Source of the DNA: a virus
Lineage: Duplodnaviria; Caudoviricetes
Length of the DNA: 62,010 nt
IMG/VR virus record: IMGVR_UViG_3300044850_000073
Span: 1 to 62,010 of that record
Reading direction: 5' to 3' (one strand)
This document shows positions 37,829-47,512 of this stretch, in pieces. Under the pieces are notes generated by a model, which was not told the DNA's origin, did not search any database, and saw nothing but the letters and a program-made list of their open reading frames with translations. A program made the position numbers and the translations under genes. The stretch's first letter is position 1. Each line of letters starts with the position of its first letter.

Positions 37829-38037
37829 TGTCTGATCAACAAAAAAAGGTGGAGGTAAGGACCGGATTCCTTGCCTGGCTGGGCTTATTATTTATCGGAT
37901 TAAAACTGACAGGTTATATTTCATGGCCGTGGGTCTGGGTCCTGTCTCCATTGTGGATACCTTTTTCAGTGGCAATTGTCTTGTTTACGATGGTTGGAAT
38001 CGTTTATGCAATCACAATGGCGATGACAAAGAAATGA
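37828..38037 (+). CDS. Small membrane protein
   Basis: LFIGLKLTGYISWPWVWVLSPLW; two hydrophobic helices. Confidence 0.8.
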   Translation: MSDQQKKVEVRTGFLAWLGLLFIGLKLTGYISWPWVWVLSPLWIPFSVAIVLFTMVGIVYAITMAMTKK

Positions 38038-38786
38038 AACCAATAAAAGCGAACGATCTTCTTGAATTAGACAGGAATCTGCAGGTTGTAATGCTGCAGT
38101 GCTACGCATTACCAGAGCAGGTCATTTATCAAGCCGGAAAGAATGACTATTCTGAAGAACCGATTCATGAGCAACGAATTCCATCTCCGTCAAAATGTGG
38201 GGAATGGATAGTCGAGAGACTCCTTTCTAATGAAAAAGGTCACTGGGGGCCGCTGGAGCATCCCGGCATAACCTTTTCGGTGTCTGGCTATGTCCATAAT
38301 GTCATGGTTCAAGCCAGGACTCATAGAGTTGGTGTAACTTTTGATGTGCAATCACAAAGATACACAGGGAAAAGAGTCGTAAAGGTTGCAAATGGCGAGC
38401 TTTGCCCGGAGGATGTTTTTTACGTAAGACCTGCCGGATTTTACGTTAACAGATATGGCAAAAAATATACTTGGAGCGAAGATGACTACCAAGATGAGTT
38501 GTCTTGGATCCTTGAGGGATGCAAAAGATATGCTTTAAAATACGAAAAGGGGATGTGCGAGGAGCACATCAGAGATTATCTTGCTCAAGCAATTAGGCAA
38601 AACTTTGTCGTATCTTTTAACCTTAGATCAGTGCTACATCTGATGGATTTAAGAGCGAAGATGGATGCACAGCTTGAGATCCAGGCAATGTGCGAGCAAC
38701 TGGCGCCACAGATAAAAAAATGGGCTCCGAATGTATGGAACTACTATGAAGAGAAAAGATTACACAAAGCTCGTCTTTCGCCTTGA
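38034..38786 (+). CDS. thyX: FAD-dependent thymidylate synthase (start 38034)
   Basis: GHWGPLEH..QARTHRVGVTFDVQSQRY..FNLRS.LH..DLR...AQLEI (cyanobacterial type). Confidence 0.93.
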   Translation: MKPIKANDLLELDRNLQVVMLQCYALPEQVIYQAGKNDYSEEPIHEQRIPSPSKCGEWIVERLLSNEKGHWGPLEHPGITFSVSGYVHNVMVQARTHRVGVTFDVQSQRYTGKRVVKVANGELCPEDVFYVRPAGFYVNRYGKKYTWSEDDYQDELSWILEGCKRYALKYEKGMCEEHIRDYLAQAIRQNFVVSFNLRSVLHLMDLRAKMDAQLEIQAMCEQLAPQIKKWAPNVWNYYEEKRLHKARLSP

Positions 38787-38791
38787 GAATG

Positions 38792-38800
38792 GGAATAATA
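38792..38800 (+). promoter_or_regulatory. Putative late promoter box GGAATAATA
   Basis: Variant motif upstream of terS. Confidence 0.6.
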
Positions 38801-38808
38801 ACACACGC

Positions 38809-38823
38809 TTAGCGAGATGCTGG
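38809..38823 (+). promoter_or_regulatory. GNGAY pentaloop leader hairpin (terS)
   Basis: ttagc-GAGAT-gctgg, 2 nt before in-frame GTG 38826. Confidence 0.6.
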
Positions 38824-39452
38824 TAGTGTCGTCATCAGAGTGGAAAGAAGCAAAGCCTTGCAAGCGTGAATCTGGGCCTATCTATAAATTCAGAAGAGGC
38901 TACAGCTTAGGCGACACTGGTCGACATGAAACTGCCGACCAGTATGTTTGTTTTCAGAAGTATTTAATGCTACAGGGGTCGAGATCTACGGGGGCGCTAT
39001 GTGAGCTTACTGGTCATAGTTTTAAAACGATCTCAGATTGGAGTAATGCTTTCAATTGGCAGAATCGTGCAGCCGCTTATGACAAGGATCAGATGGCAAT
39101 AGTTTGGAAGGAAGTCGAAAAGTATAATCGCAATACTCACAAGGATGCGATTATCGAATTTCGTGAATCGTCAGAACGTCAAGCCAGGATGATGGCCAAA
39201 GTAGCCGAGGATCTTCTTAGGGTGCTTGGGAAGAGAGTCATGAAAGCAGAAGAAGAGGGGGAGGAAGTCCCAATGACTCTAGTCTCTGGTTTGCTCCGTG
39301 CTACCGCTAGTATCAGTGAGCAATCTAGGCAGTCATGGGCAAATGCGTTGGGCGTCAATGAAATGCTGGAAATGGTTGAAACAGAAATGAATAGAGCAGA
39401 AGTCGCAGATGTGACTGATGTAGACGCTTATGAAATTCCAGTTGAGGAATGA
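38817..39452 (+). CDS. terS: Terminase small subunit (start may be GTG 38826)
   Basis: N-terminal HTH (WSNAFNWQNRAAAYD), helical body; upstream of terL. Confidence 0.7.
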   Translation: MLVVSSSEWKEAKPCKRESGPIYKFRRGYSLGDTGRHETADQYVCFQKYLMLQGSRSTGALCELTGHSFKTISDWSNAFNWQNRAAAYDKDQMAIVWKEVEKYNRNTHKDAIIEFRESSERQARMMAKVAEDLLRVLGKRVMKAEEEGEEVPMTLVSGLLRATASISEQSRQSWANALGVNEMLEMVETEMNRAEVADVTDVDAYEIPVEE

Positions 39453-39453
39453 T

Positions 39454-39657
39454 ATGGATACCGATTTCCCTCTGAATGTCATAGAAAATGAGGACGGTTC
39501 ACTAACTATCGAATGGGACGAAAATCATCCTAGAACCTCAATGTTTAACAACTTTACAGAACAAGATTTCTTGCGTTTACTACAAGATGAGTGCTTGCGT
39601 ATCCTGGGACAGCAAGAATATGATAGAATAAAACAACAACAACATACTGAAGATTGA
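39454..39657 (+). CDS. Hypothetical protein
   Basis: VIENEDGSLTIEWD motif; coupled to terL. Confidence 0.6.
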   Translation: MDTDFPLNVIENEDGSLTIEWDENHPRTSMFNNFTEQDFLRLLQDECLRILGQQEYDRIKQQQHTED

Positions 39658-41177
39658 TGGCGACAAGAGTCGGTAAAAATTTTCTGGAACGAGCCGGCTC
39701 TGACAGGGAAATGGTGCGTGCGCTTAGGCGCATTAAGACGCAAAAGAAAGAAGACGGCCAACAAGTAATACTGCATCAGTTTATCAGAAAAGTTGCCCCA
39801 AATTATAAGTTTTATAAAGTTCATGCGGAATTAACAAAGCAGCTACAAAGAGTAATTGATGGGAAATGTAAAAGATTGATCATACAAGTACCTCCTCGCA
39901 GTGGAAAGTCTTATATCTCATCAAAGCTGCTGCCCGCTGCTTATTTGATGGCACATCCTGATCGCTATGTAGGAATTGTCTCCTATAGCGCCGAGCTGGC
40001 TGAAGGCTTTTCAAGGTCAGCTCGTGAGTACTACCAACAAGCAGGGGGGATAATGGATCCTGTAAAGAAAGCCGTTAACGATTGGGGTACGCAGGGCGGC
40101 GGCGGATTATGGGCGGCGGGTGTCGGTGGCGCCATAACCGGTCGATCTGGTCATCTTTTGATCGTAGATGACCCGGTCAAGAATAGGGAAGACGCTGACA
40201 GTCCAAGAGTCATGGAAAAACTTTGGGACTGGTATACGTCGACTTTGTACACAAGACTTGAGCCAAATGTAGGATCAATTGTCGTCATCCAGACGAGGTG
40301 GAGCGAAAATGATCTTATTGGACGATTAATTGAATCTGAGATGAACGTCTCGGAAAAAGGCAGAGAAAATTGGACCATACTGGATCTTCCTGCAATTTCT
40401 GAAGATCCAAATTCCAGGCCGCCATTGCCAGCGCATTGTGAAGTAGTTCCTGACTGGAGAGAAGAACCAGGATTGGCTTTATGTCCGCAAAGATATGGCA
40501 TCGAAGAATATGAGCGTATTCGCGAAGCAATTGGCACACGAGATTTTGCTGCATTATTTCAACAAAGACCAGCTCCGGAAGGTGGCAATATGTTTGATCC
40601 GAGCTGGTGGCAGTATTATGATGCTGCTACTGTTCTTCCTGAATTCCAGCGTGTAATGCTAAGTGTAGACTGTACATTTACCAATGCAGGGACAAGCGAT
40701 TATGTAGTTGGTACTGTGATTGGCCAATCTGGTGTTAACTATTACGTCCTAGATATGGCTAGAGAGCGTCTCGATATCATGGGGACAATTGCAATGATAT
40801 CTAGGATGCACAATAGGCACGCTTTAAGCGGAACAATTATTGAATTAGCGGCTTCGGGCTATGCCGCTTACCAGATGTTAAGCAAAAAGATACCTGGACT
40901 AATTGGATTTAAACCAGAGAAATCAAAAGTAGCAAGAGCAGCCGGTATTGTCCCAGTCGTTGAAGCTGGCAATGTATTTATACCGGCAAGTGCAAGCTGG
41001 CTTGATATATTCATAAATGAGTTCAGCCTGTTTCCGGCCGCCAAAAACGATGATATCATTGATTCTGTATCCATGGCTATCAATTACATGTCTCAGAGGT
41101 CTGCTCCTGCGTTAACTGAAGTCATGTGGGGGCGTGGCATCACGCTGCCTGATTCTTACCGTTTACGTACTGACTAA
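39657..41177 (+). CDS. terL: Terminase large subunit
   Basis: Walker A PPRSGKS; Walker B LIVDDP; QTRW; nuclease SVD...NDDIID. Confidence 0.95.
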   Translation: MATRVGKNFLERAGSDREMVRALRRIKTQKKEDGQQVILHQFIRKVAPNYKFYKVHAELTKQLQRVIDGKCKRLIIQVPPRSGKSYISSKLLPAAYLMAHPDRYVGIVSYSAELAEGFSRSAREYYQQAGGIMDPVKKAVNDWGTQGGGGLWAAGVGGAITGRSGHLLIVDDPVKNREDADSPRVMEKLWDWYTSTLYTRLEPNVGSIVVIQTRWSENDLIGRLIESEMNVSEKGRENWTILDLPAISEDPNSRPPLPAHCEVVPDWREEPGLALCPQRYGIEEYERIREAIGTRDFAALFQQRPAPEGGNMFDPSWWQYYDAATVLPEFQRVMLSVDCTFTNAGTSDYVVGTVIGQSGVNYYVLDMARERLDIMGTIAMISRMHNRHALSGTIIELAASGYAAYQMLSKKIPGLIGFKPEKSKVARAAGIVPVVEAGNVFIPASASWLDIFINEFSLFPAAKNDDIIDSVSMAINYMSQRSAPALTEVMWGRGITLPDSYRLRTD

Positions 41178-41178
41178 A

Positions 41179-41808
41179 ATGGCCAGAAAGTCTCTTGATT
41201 TCAAGTTGTCTCCTGAGCAGCAAAAAATGGCCATGGAAAATATTAATTTAGCCAGGCGAGAGGCGTGGCGAATTCAAAGAACAACTGGCATAGAATATTC
41301 CGTCTTAGAAGGTGCAGCATTCCTTGGCTTGTGCAAAGCTTGTAATCGCTATGATCCAAGCTCCGGATATAAATTTTCTAGCTTAGCTACGCCAACTATA
41401 AGAGGTGAATTACTGCATTGGGTAAGAGATAGGACTTACGCAATGCGTTTATCGCATAAAATGAGAGAAAATTGGATTAAAGGACGCCGATTAATGTATG
41501 ATGGCTCCACTGACATCCAGATAGCTAAAGCCTTGGGTCTTTCTCTTGGCGATTGGCAGGAAGTGAGATCGGCCTGTTCGGGCCCACCACTTGAGTTAAA
41601 AGATCAAGCCATGCCTTCGGCTCCGTTAGAGCCAGAGGAGTTTGATTTTAAAAATGACTACAGAGATAAAGCGACTGAGATTATCGAAGCGATATCCGAG
41701 AAAGAGCGAGACATCTTGATGAATTATTACAAAGGTGACGTATCAAAGGCGCCCGTAAGACAGTTTAACTTAACATTAAGCTTTCTCAAATTTAAAGAAA
41801 TCCTTTAA
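41179..41808 (+). CDS. Group 3 (SigF/SigB-like) sigma factor
   Basis: GLCKACNRYDPSSGYKFSSLATPTIRGELLHWVRD; region 3 IAKALGLS. Confidence 0.9.
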   Translation: MARKSLDFKLSPEQQKMAMENINLARREAWRIQRTTGIEYSVLEGAAFLGLCKACNRYDPSSGYKFSSLATPTIRGELLHWVRDRTYAMRLSHKMRENWIKGRRLMYDGSTDIQIAKALGLSLGDWQEVRSACSGPPLELKDQAMPSAPLEPEEFDFKNDYRDKATEIIEAISEKERDILMNYYKGDVSKAPVRQFNLTLSFLKFKEIL

Positions 41809-41863
41809 GCCAGAGACTGGGTTCCATCAGGCCCTAGAATCTCTTGGACAAGGAGGATGGCAC

Positions 41864-43450
41864 ATGATCAAGGCAATGATTAGCGATTATACGATAAAAG
41901 CAGTAAAAGAGCTACCGATAACATCGATTCTAGAGAAAGAGCAAATACCTTTCAAAAGGGTGGGACGAGAAGCCATTACTGTATGCCCTTGGCATAATGA
42001 TAAAAATCCGTCATTAACCATTAGTGATGAGAAAGGATTCTGTTATTGTTTCGTCTGCCAGTCAGGCAAAGATGGCATAGGATTTGTTGAACAGAAGCTG
42101 GGCCTTGGATTTGCTGATGCTGTTGAAAGAATTGCCAGACTTCATGCAATTGAGGTATGTTACGAGAACATAGATCCTGAGCTAGCCGCAAAGGAAGTTA
42201 TCCGCAGAAATCAATTTAATGACCAGCTAAAAAGACAACACCTTGAATTCAGGGGCGCGATAAGGCACGTAAGGGCTCAGCGCATTAGAGATTTTTTGGA
42301 TTGCAGAAAGATACTACCTGCAACATCTAAATATTTTGAACTAGGCTATGCCGTGTCTGGATTTTTTGCGGACCGCATCACGGTTCCAATTCATGACCAT
42401 CTTGGCAATTTGATTGGGTTTACTGGCAGAGCAACAAAAAATGAAGTAAAGCCAAAATACAAGAACACCGAGAGCAATGAATATTTCGACAAGTCAAAGA
42501 TTGTATTCAATGAACATCGTGCCTTTGATTACATCAAGGAAGCTGATTCGATTATTTTTGTCGAAGGTCATTTTGATGTTATCAGTCTATGGCAGTATGG
42601 CATACGAAATGTTGTCGCAATGCAAGGAACAGCAGCTCCTAGTATGGCTATTTTGCATAGGCTGTCCAGGAGAACCAAACGCTTTATATTATGCTATGAC
42701 GCAGATGAAGGTGGTAACAAGGCGATTGAACAATTTGTCAAGGTAGCAGGGCCGATGGCATGCAAAGGCGAAATATCTATTTCTATAGCAAGATTGCCTG
42801 CCGGCACTGACCCTGATCAATGTATACGTGAAAACATTATAGATATGTTTGCGGCCATAGAGAATTCAAGCCCATGGCTAGACTGGCAACTTGAAGTATG
42901 GCTTGCATCCGTAGACAGAAGTAATACCGCGCTGTTTACTAATATCGAGTGCCGCATCAAAGAGCTGATTGATTCTATTGCTAGTCCCGTCCTTAGACAG
43001 CACTATATTGACAAGGCGTCTAAATTATTAGCATTAGATTCTACTGGTGCAAGTAGAATAGCGAAAGAATGGAATCAGAATGCTTCCAAAAGTGGATATA
43101 AGCGTACCTGGGTAAAACCAACGCCAGCTCAAACCAGGATCACCGTAGAGCGTAGGCTTTTAAGGATGTACATACATTTCAAGGAACAGCGTGAGAATTG
43201 CAAGGTATTCATGGATGAACTAGAGTCTCCGAGCCACCGCTGGCTGTGGCAGCGAATACAGGAAATAGAGAGACACGGAAATGACGTTGAACTTAAATGC
43301 GCCTTGGTTGCTGTTTTACTGGTTGCTGAGCCGTATTATATCAGGCAGTTGAGATCACTTACTAATCCGACGATCAAGTTATCTTATACTCAGGGTATAA
43401 TGAGTCATATAGCCAATGTGCTTTCACAGAAATTGGTTACAAATTCATGA
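41864..43450 (+). CDS. dnaG: DnaG-type primase
   Basis: CPWH..C..C zinc finger; GFTGR; PKYKN; VEGHFD; YDADEGG; DPD. Confidence 0.95.
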   Translation: MIKAMISDYTIKAVKELPITSILEKEQIPFKRVGREAITVCPWHNDKNPSLTISDEKGFCYCFVCQSGKDGIGFVEQKLGLGFADAVERIARLHAIEVCYENIDPELAAKEVIRRNQFNDQLKRQHLEFRGAIRHVRAQRIRDFLDCRKILPATSKYFELGYAVSGFFADRITVPIHDHLGNLIGFTGRATKNEVKPKYKNTESNEYFDKSKIVFNEHRAFDYIKEADSIIFVEGHFDVISLWQYGIRNVVAMQGTAAPSMAILHRLSRRTKRFILCYDADEGGNKAIEQFVKVAGPMACKGEISISIARLPAGTDPDQCIRENIIDMFAAIENSSPWLDWQLEVWLASVDRSNTALFTNIECRIKELIDSIASPVLRQHYIDKASKLLALDSTGASRIAKEWNQNASKSGYKRTWVKPTPAQTRITVERRLLRMYIHFKEQRENCKVFMDELESPSHRWLWQRIQEIERHGNDVELKCALVAVLLVAEPYYIRQLRSLTNPTIKLSYTQGIMSHIANVLSQKLVTNS

Positions 43451-43677
43451 ATAACACTATGCCAAAATACATCGTATACACGATGAATGGTTGCTCGTTT
43501 TGCAATCAGGCAAAAGCCTTACTTGAATACTATGGCGTTGATTACGAACTGATTTACGATAAGTCCCCGGACTGGGAAACATATCCTTGTATATACAAAT
43601 CAACCGAGAACGGCGAGCTTCAACTGATTGGAGGATTTCAAGAATTGGCCAATTATTCGCACCTAAACGGATTGTAA
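43447..43677 (+). CDS. Glutaredoxin
   Basis: CSFC..TYP..IGGF. Confidence 0.88.
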   Translation: MNNTMPKYIVYTMNGCSFCNQAKALLEYYGVDYELIYDKSPDWETYPCIYKSTENGELQLIGGFQELANYSHLNGL

Positions 43678-43680
43678 TCA

Positions 43681-43920
43681 ATGACTTCCTCTACTCAGTT
43701 TTATTGTTTTTTTCTGGTATTGCTTGTGGCGCTGTGGCCACAGGACTGCCTTAATGTTAGCCGATTTACTTGGCTTTGGGTGCTAACCAGGATTCTTAAT
43801 TACTATTTAATGATTCAGGCCTACATGATGTATAGACGCCTTAGGTCTGACTTTGGTAAAATGGGCTTGCCGATGCCGGCATTTAAATTTATCCCGATCT
43901 GGGAGCGAAATGGCAACTAA
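43681..43920 (+). CDS. Hypothetical membrane protein
   Basis: Hydrophobic N-terminus. Confidence 0.55.
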   Translation: MTSSTQFYCFFLVLLVALWPQDCLNVSRFTWLWVLTRILNYYLMIQAYMMYRRLRSDFGKMGLPMPAFKFIPIWERNGN

Positions 43921-44056
43921 AAGGATCCTTAACAAGAAAAGCCTTTCCGGCGGCCTCGGCCCTACTGATCGACTTGGTAAAAAGACCACCCAGGGGAATG
44001 GCCTTAGGTCCAAGCCAAAGCGTAATAAAAAGAAATATAAAGGCCAGGGCCGCTAA
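43910..44056 (+). CDS. Small basic protein
   Basis: KKTTQGNG..KKYKGQG pattern. Confidence 0.7.
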   Translation: MATKRILNKKSLSGGLGPTDRLGKKTTQGNGLRSKPKRNKKKYKGQGR

Positions 44057-44326
44057 ATGTTTTCACCAAAAAGCTCTAGGCCAGATTTGGATGCTTTGTA
44101 TATAGCTCAACTGGTATCAGAGGGCAAGCAATATGAAGCTGCACATTTTCTATTTGGATTACACAAAGAGAACGTATTGCTTTGGGCAAAGATAAAAGAC
44201 TATTTGTTTACTATTGCTTACACTAATAGTCTTCTGAATACTTACGCAACATTAGTCGAGATCTCTTCCTGTGACTGCTTCGAGCAAAAGGCATATCTTT
44301 TACCCGGAAGCTCAGAAGCTAACTGA
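44057..44326 (+). CDS. Hypothetical protein
   Basis: Abuts upstream stop. Confidence 0.55.
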   Translation: MFSPKSSRPDLDALYIAQLVSEGKQYEAAHFLFGLHKENVLLWAKIKDYLFTIAYTNSLLNTYATLVEISSCDCFEQKAYLLPGSSEAN

Positions 44327-44334
44327 TTTCAACT

Positions 44335-44343
44335 GGTAGACTA
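44335..44343 (+). promoter_or_regulatory. Putative late promoter box GGTAGACTA
   Basis: Motif upstream of nrdJ. Confidence 0.7.
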
Positions 44344-44363
44344 CTCCTACATTCTTAAGTTAA

Positions 44364-46682
44364 ATGTCCGAATTTCGACCAACCGCCCCATCGGCTCCTG
44401 CTGTTTTCTATCGTTCTTACAGCCGTCGCAAGCCAGATGGCTCTAGAGAAAATTATCAGGAGGCAGTGTCCAGAACTATTGCTGCTATTGCTGAAGTTGG
44501 TCAGTTCAATGAGCAACAGAAGAGCCTTGTGATGGATATGGCCCTAAAGCAGCATTGCTTGCCAAGCGGTCGTGCATTATGGGTAGCTGGTACAGAGTGG
44601 TCCAAAAAGCCGGAGAATTTTCCCGGTTACTACAATTGCTGCTCTATGCATGTAGACGACCCATCGATGTTTGGTCTACTTATGGAGCTAGCAATGATGG
44701 GTACCGGTACCGGCGGTGTACTGGAGTCAGATGTAGTCAGTAATCTGCCTAAGATTGTCAGGGCTGTTAACATCGTTGGTGTAGTTGAAAACCATCAAAC
44801 AAAAGGTGGACTGCCGGATACCGAAATCGCATTGGACAAAGAAGATAATGTTATCTATTTAGTAGTAGGCGATTCTCGTCAGGGGTGGGCTAGTGCTTAC
44901 TGCGGCCTGATTCAGCTTGCGATGGGCACTAGAGCCCTAGGGGAAACTGAAGATACTGAAGCGTGTGACGCCAGAATTGTACTGGACCTGAGTGAGGTAC
45001 GCCAAGCCGGCGAACTGCTTAAAGGTTTCGGCGGTACGGCGAATCCTGTTCGGCTGCAGGAGACCTTTGAGAGGGCCGCCAAGCTGCTGTCAAAGGCAAA
45101 AGGACGTAAACTGACTTCCGTTGAATGTTGTCTATTGATTGACGAAGCAGCTAGTGCGGTTGTGGCTGGTAATATCCGCCGCAGTGCCGGCATGCGCCAA
45201 TTTTCGTCTGATGATGAAGATGCTGCCTCAGCCAAAGATGGCTTGTACAAACAGGATGAAGACGGCAACTGGAGCGTAGATCCAGAGAAGGAAGCACTCA
45301 GGATGGCCAACCACACCCGTTGTTTCCATACTAAACCTGATTACGAAACAATCAAAGCTAGTATTCAAAAGCAATTCTGGTCTGGTGAGGGTGCAGTCAT
45401 GTATGTACCCGAATCGATCGCCAGGGCAAATGCTGATCTGCTGAATACAGAGGAATTAAAGCAGCGGTTCTTGGGTTTGTATGTACGCAATCAGGATGAT
45501 GCACGGCAGATGCTGGTAGAGCTGGCAGAAAAAGCCGGCGAACCGGCTGATGAGCGTATCATTCAGCATCGGATGGATCGGTATGGGCTTAACCCCTGCG
45601 GAGAGATAATCATGCGGGACAATTTATGTAATCTTTCAGAGATTCATCTGAACACACTAGATCCGGCCAACCAGGAACTACAGCATCAGGCATTCTATGC
45701 CGGCGGCTTGCAAGTTGCTGCACTGCTTCAACATAAATTTGTCCCCGAACGCCTGGCTTATAGTCGTGAAAATGATCCAATTGTTGGTGTCAGTTTTACT
45801 GGCCTGTTTGACTTTTTTGTACATGCTTTCGGTGCTTCCTGGTTAGAATGGATGATGAAAGGTCGTCCAACTGGTGCTGAATACAAAAAGTATGACACAA
45901 AGGAGAAGAAATTTCTAAAATCATGGCGTCTTAGCGCCGAGCAAGGTGTTAAGGATTACTGTACAGAGCACGGACTGCGTCTTCCTTCCAGGTTTACCAC
46001 TGTCCAGCCTGCTGGTTCTAAGAGCTTGCTGACAGGGGCATCATCCGGTTGGCATCCACCGAAAGCACAACGCTTCATCCGTCGAATCACCTTTGGCGTT
46101 AATGATCCTTTGGTTAGCGCCCTTAGGGATTACGGATATAACGTGATTCCTGCTCAAAGCGCAAGAGATGAGCAGGGTAACCTGCTCGATGATATCACTG
46201 ATTCCAGGGTTCGTGAAGTACTGGTCGAAATTCCCACGGAAGTTTCGTGGGCAAATATACCTGGCTGTGATGAATTCGACCTGAGTAAACTGCCAGTGTC
46301 CGCCCAATGGGGACTGTATATGCAAGTACAAAATCATTATACTACTCACAACACCTCGGCAACCCTAGAGTTTCGTGAAAACGAGATCGACCAACTGGCC
46401 GATTTAATGCACGATAATATCAATGCTAATGGCGGCTACATTTCGGCCGCGCTGTTAGCCAGATTTGATGCGAACGAGACGTTCCCTAGATTGCCGTTTG
46501 AGCCCATTGATAAGCAAACTTTTGAGCGACGCAATGCTGTTTGCAATGTTCTCAGAAATTTACTTCCCAAAGAAACGACCATTTTAGATCTTTTGAATAA
46601 ATATGATAGCCCTGATTATGAATTGAAGGGAGCTGCTGGTTGCGATTCTGATAAATGTTTATCAGAAGAAAAACGGAACTAA
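44364..46682 (+). CDS. nrdJ: Class II (cobalamin-dependent, monomeric RTPR-type) ribonucleotide reductase
   Basis: PSGRALW; YNC; VAGNIRRSA; NPCGEI..CNL; TTVQPAGSKS; C-terminal CDSDKC. Confidence 0.95.
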   Translation: MSEFRPTAPSAPAVFYRSYSRRKPDGSRENYQEAVSRTIAAIAEVGQFNEQQKSLVMDMALKQHCLPSGRALWVAGTEWSKKPENFPGYYNCCSMHVDDPSMFGLLMELAMMGTGTGGVLESDVVSNLPKIVRAVNIVGVVENHQTKGGLPDTEIALDKEDNVIYLVVGDSRQGWASAYCGLIQLAMGTRALGETEDTEACDARIVLDLSEVRQAGELLKGFGGTANPVRLQETFERAAKLLSKAKGRKLTSVECCLLIDEAASAVVAGNIRRSAGMRQFSSDDEDAASAKDGLYKQDEDGNWSVDPEKEALRMANHTRCFHTKPDYETIKASIQKQFWSGEGAVMYVPESIARANADLLNTEELKQRFLGLYVRNQDDARQMLVELAEKAGEPADERIIQHRMDRYGLNPCGEIIMRDNLCNLSEIHLNTLDPANQELQHQAFYAGGLQVAALLQHKFVPERLAYSRENDPIVGVSFTGLFDFFVHAFGASWLEWMMKGRPTGAEYKKYDTKEKKFLKSWRLSAEQGVKDYCTEHGLRLPSRFTTVQPAGSKSLLTGASSGWHPPKAQRFIRRITFGVNDPLVSALRDYGYNVIPAQSARDEQGNLLDDITDSRVREVLVEIPTEVSWANIPGCDEFDLSKLPVSAQWGLYMQVQNHYTTHNTSATLEFRENEIDQLADLMHDNINANGGYISAALLARFDANETFPRLPFEPIDKQTFERRNAVCNVLRNLLPKETTILDLLNKYDSPDYELKGAAGCDSDKCLSEEKRN

Positions 46683-46691
46683 TTATTACTA

Positions 46692-46957
46692 TGGCAGTTT
46701 CTCGTCGACACCAGAATCATGACCATTATGGTCCTGGTGTCAAGACAGCCTTGTCTGCATTTGTTGATGCCTTTAATTCTTATGCAATTATTACAGGCAC
46801 AACCATGAAATACAGTTCTTTTCGCCTCGATCCCGTTCAAGATTGTTGGGATTTGCTTGTCCAAGAACGGAAGAAAGAGACTGGCACCGGTTTTTACTTA
46901 ACTCCACAGGAATACGAAAATGTCAACATTAGTGGATCATCAAATCGAAAAGTTTAA
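46692..46957 (+). CDS. Hypothetical protein
   Basis: Fills the gap between nrdJ and dcd. Confidence 0.5.
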
Positions 46958-47444
46958 TCGTTTTCACAGGGAACTGATTAGACCGTTTAACCCATCTCAA
47001 GTTAATCCAGCATCTTATGATGTTAGGCTAGCTAAAGATCTGCTTATTGAATCACCTTGTGGTAAATGGCTTAAGGCTACTACTCCTTATATGATGGAGC
47101 CTGGCGAATTTTTACTTGGTGTAACGCAAGAGAAATTTAGACTTCCCTCAAACATTGAAGCAATCTTTATGTTAAAATCGTCAAGAGGTAGGGAAGGTTA
47201 CGAACATGTCTTGAGCGGATATATCGATCCAGGCTATACTGGAAATATCACCCTAGAGCTGGTTAATGTTAACAGATTTCGAAAACTTCCACTAGAAGAA
47301 GGAATGCTAATCGGTCAAATCAGATTTATGTTTACTGATTCAAATTCATCTAGACCATACGACAAGACTGGTCACTACCAGAACGATACAACTGTCAAGC
47401 CATCAATGGTTGATATTTTTGGTAGATCTATGACATCCCATTGA
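46920..47444 (+). CDS. dcd: dCTP deaminase
   Basis: NPASYDVRL..KSSRGREG..IDPGYTGNITLEL..IGQ. Confidence 0.93.
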   Translation: MSTLVDHQIEKFNRFHRELIRPFNPSQVNPASYDVRLAKDLLIESPCGKWLKATTPYMMEPGEFLLGVTQEKFRLPSNIEAIFMLKSSRGREGYEHVLSGYIDPGYTGNITLELVNVNRFRKLPLEEGMLIGQIRFMFTDSNSSRPYDKTGHYQNDTTVKPSMVDIFGRSMTSH

Positions 47445-47457
47445 TGGATAGCTACTT

Positions 47458-47466
47458 GGAAGACTA
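47458..47466 (+). promoter_or_regulatory. Putative late promoter box GGAAGACTA
   Basis: Motif upstream of portal. Confidence 0.75.
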
Positions 47467-47475
47467 AGTATGCCA

Positions 47476-47510
47476 TTGGCGTGACGCCGGCAGTCCCTAG
47501 GCGCGATGCC
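47476..47510 (+). promoter_or_regulatory. Two GNGAY pentaloop leader hairpins (portal)
   Basis: ttggc-GTGAC-gccgg; ggc-GCGAT-gcc, 2 nt before ATG 47513. Confidence 0.7.
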
Positions 47511-47512
47511 CC

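Noticed and set aside
39657-46682. Inteins or introns in terminase, primase or RNR
   Set aside because: Lengths are ordinary, catalytic motifs are contiguous and no splice motifs were seen.
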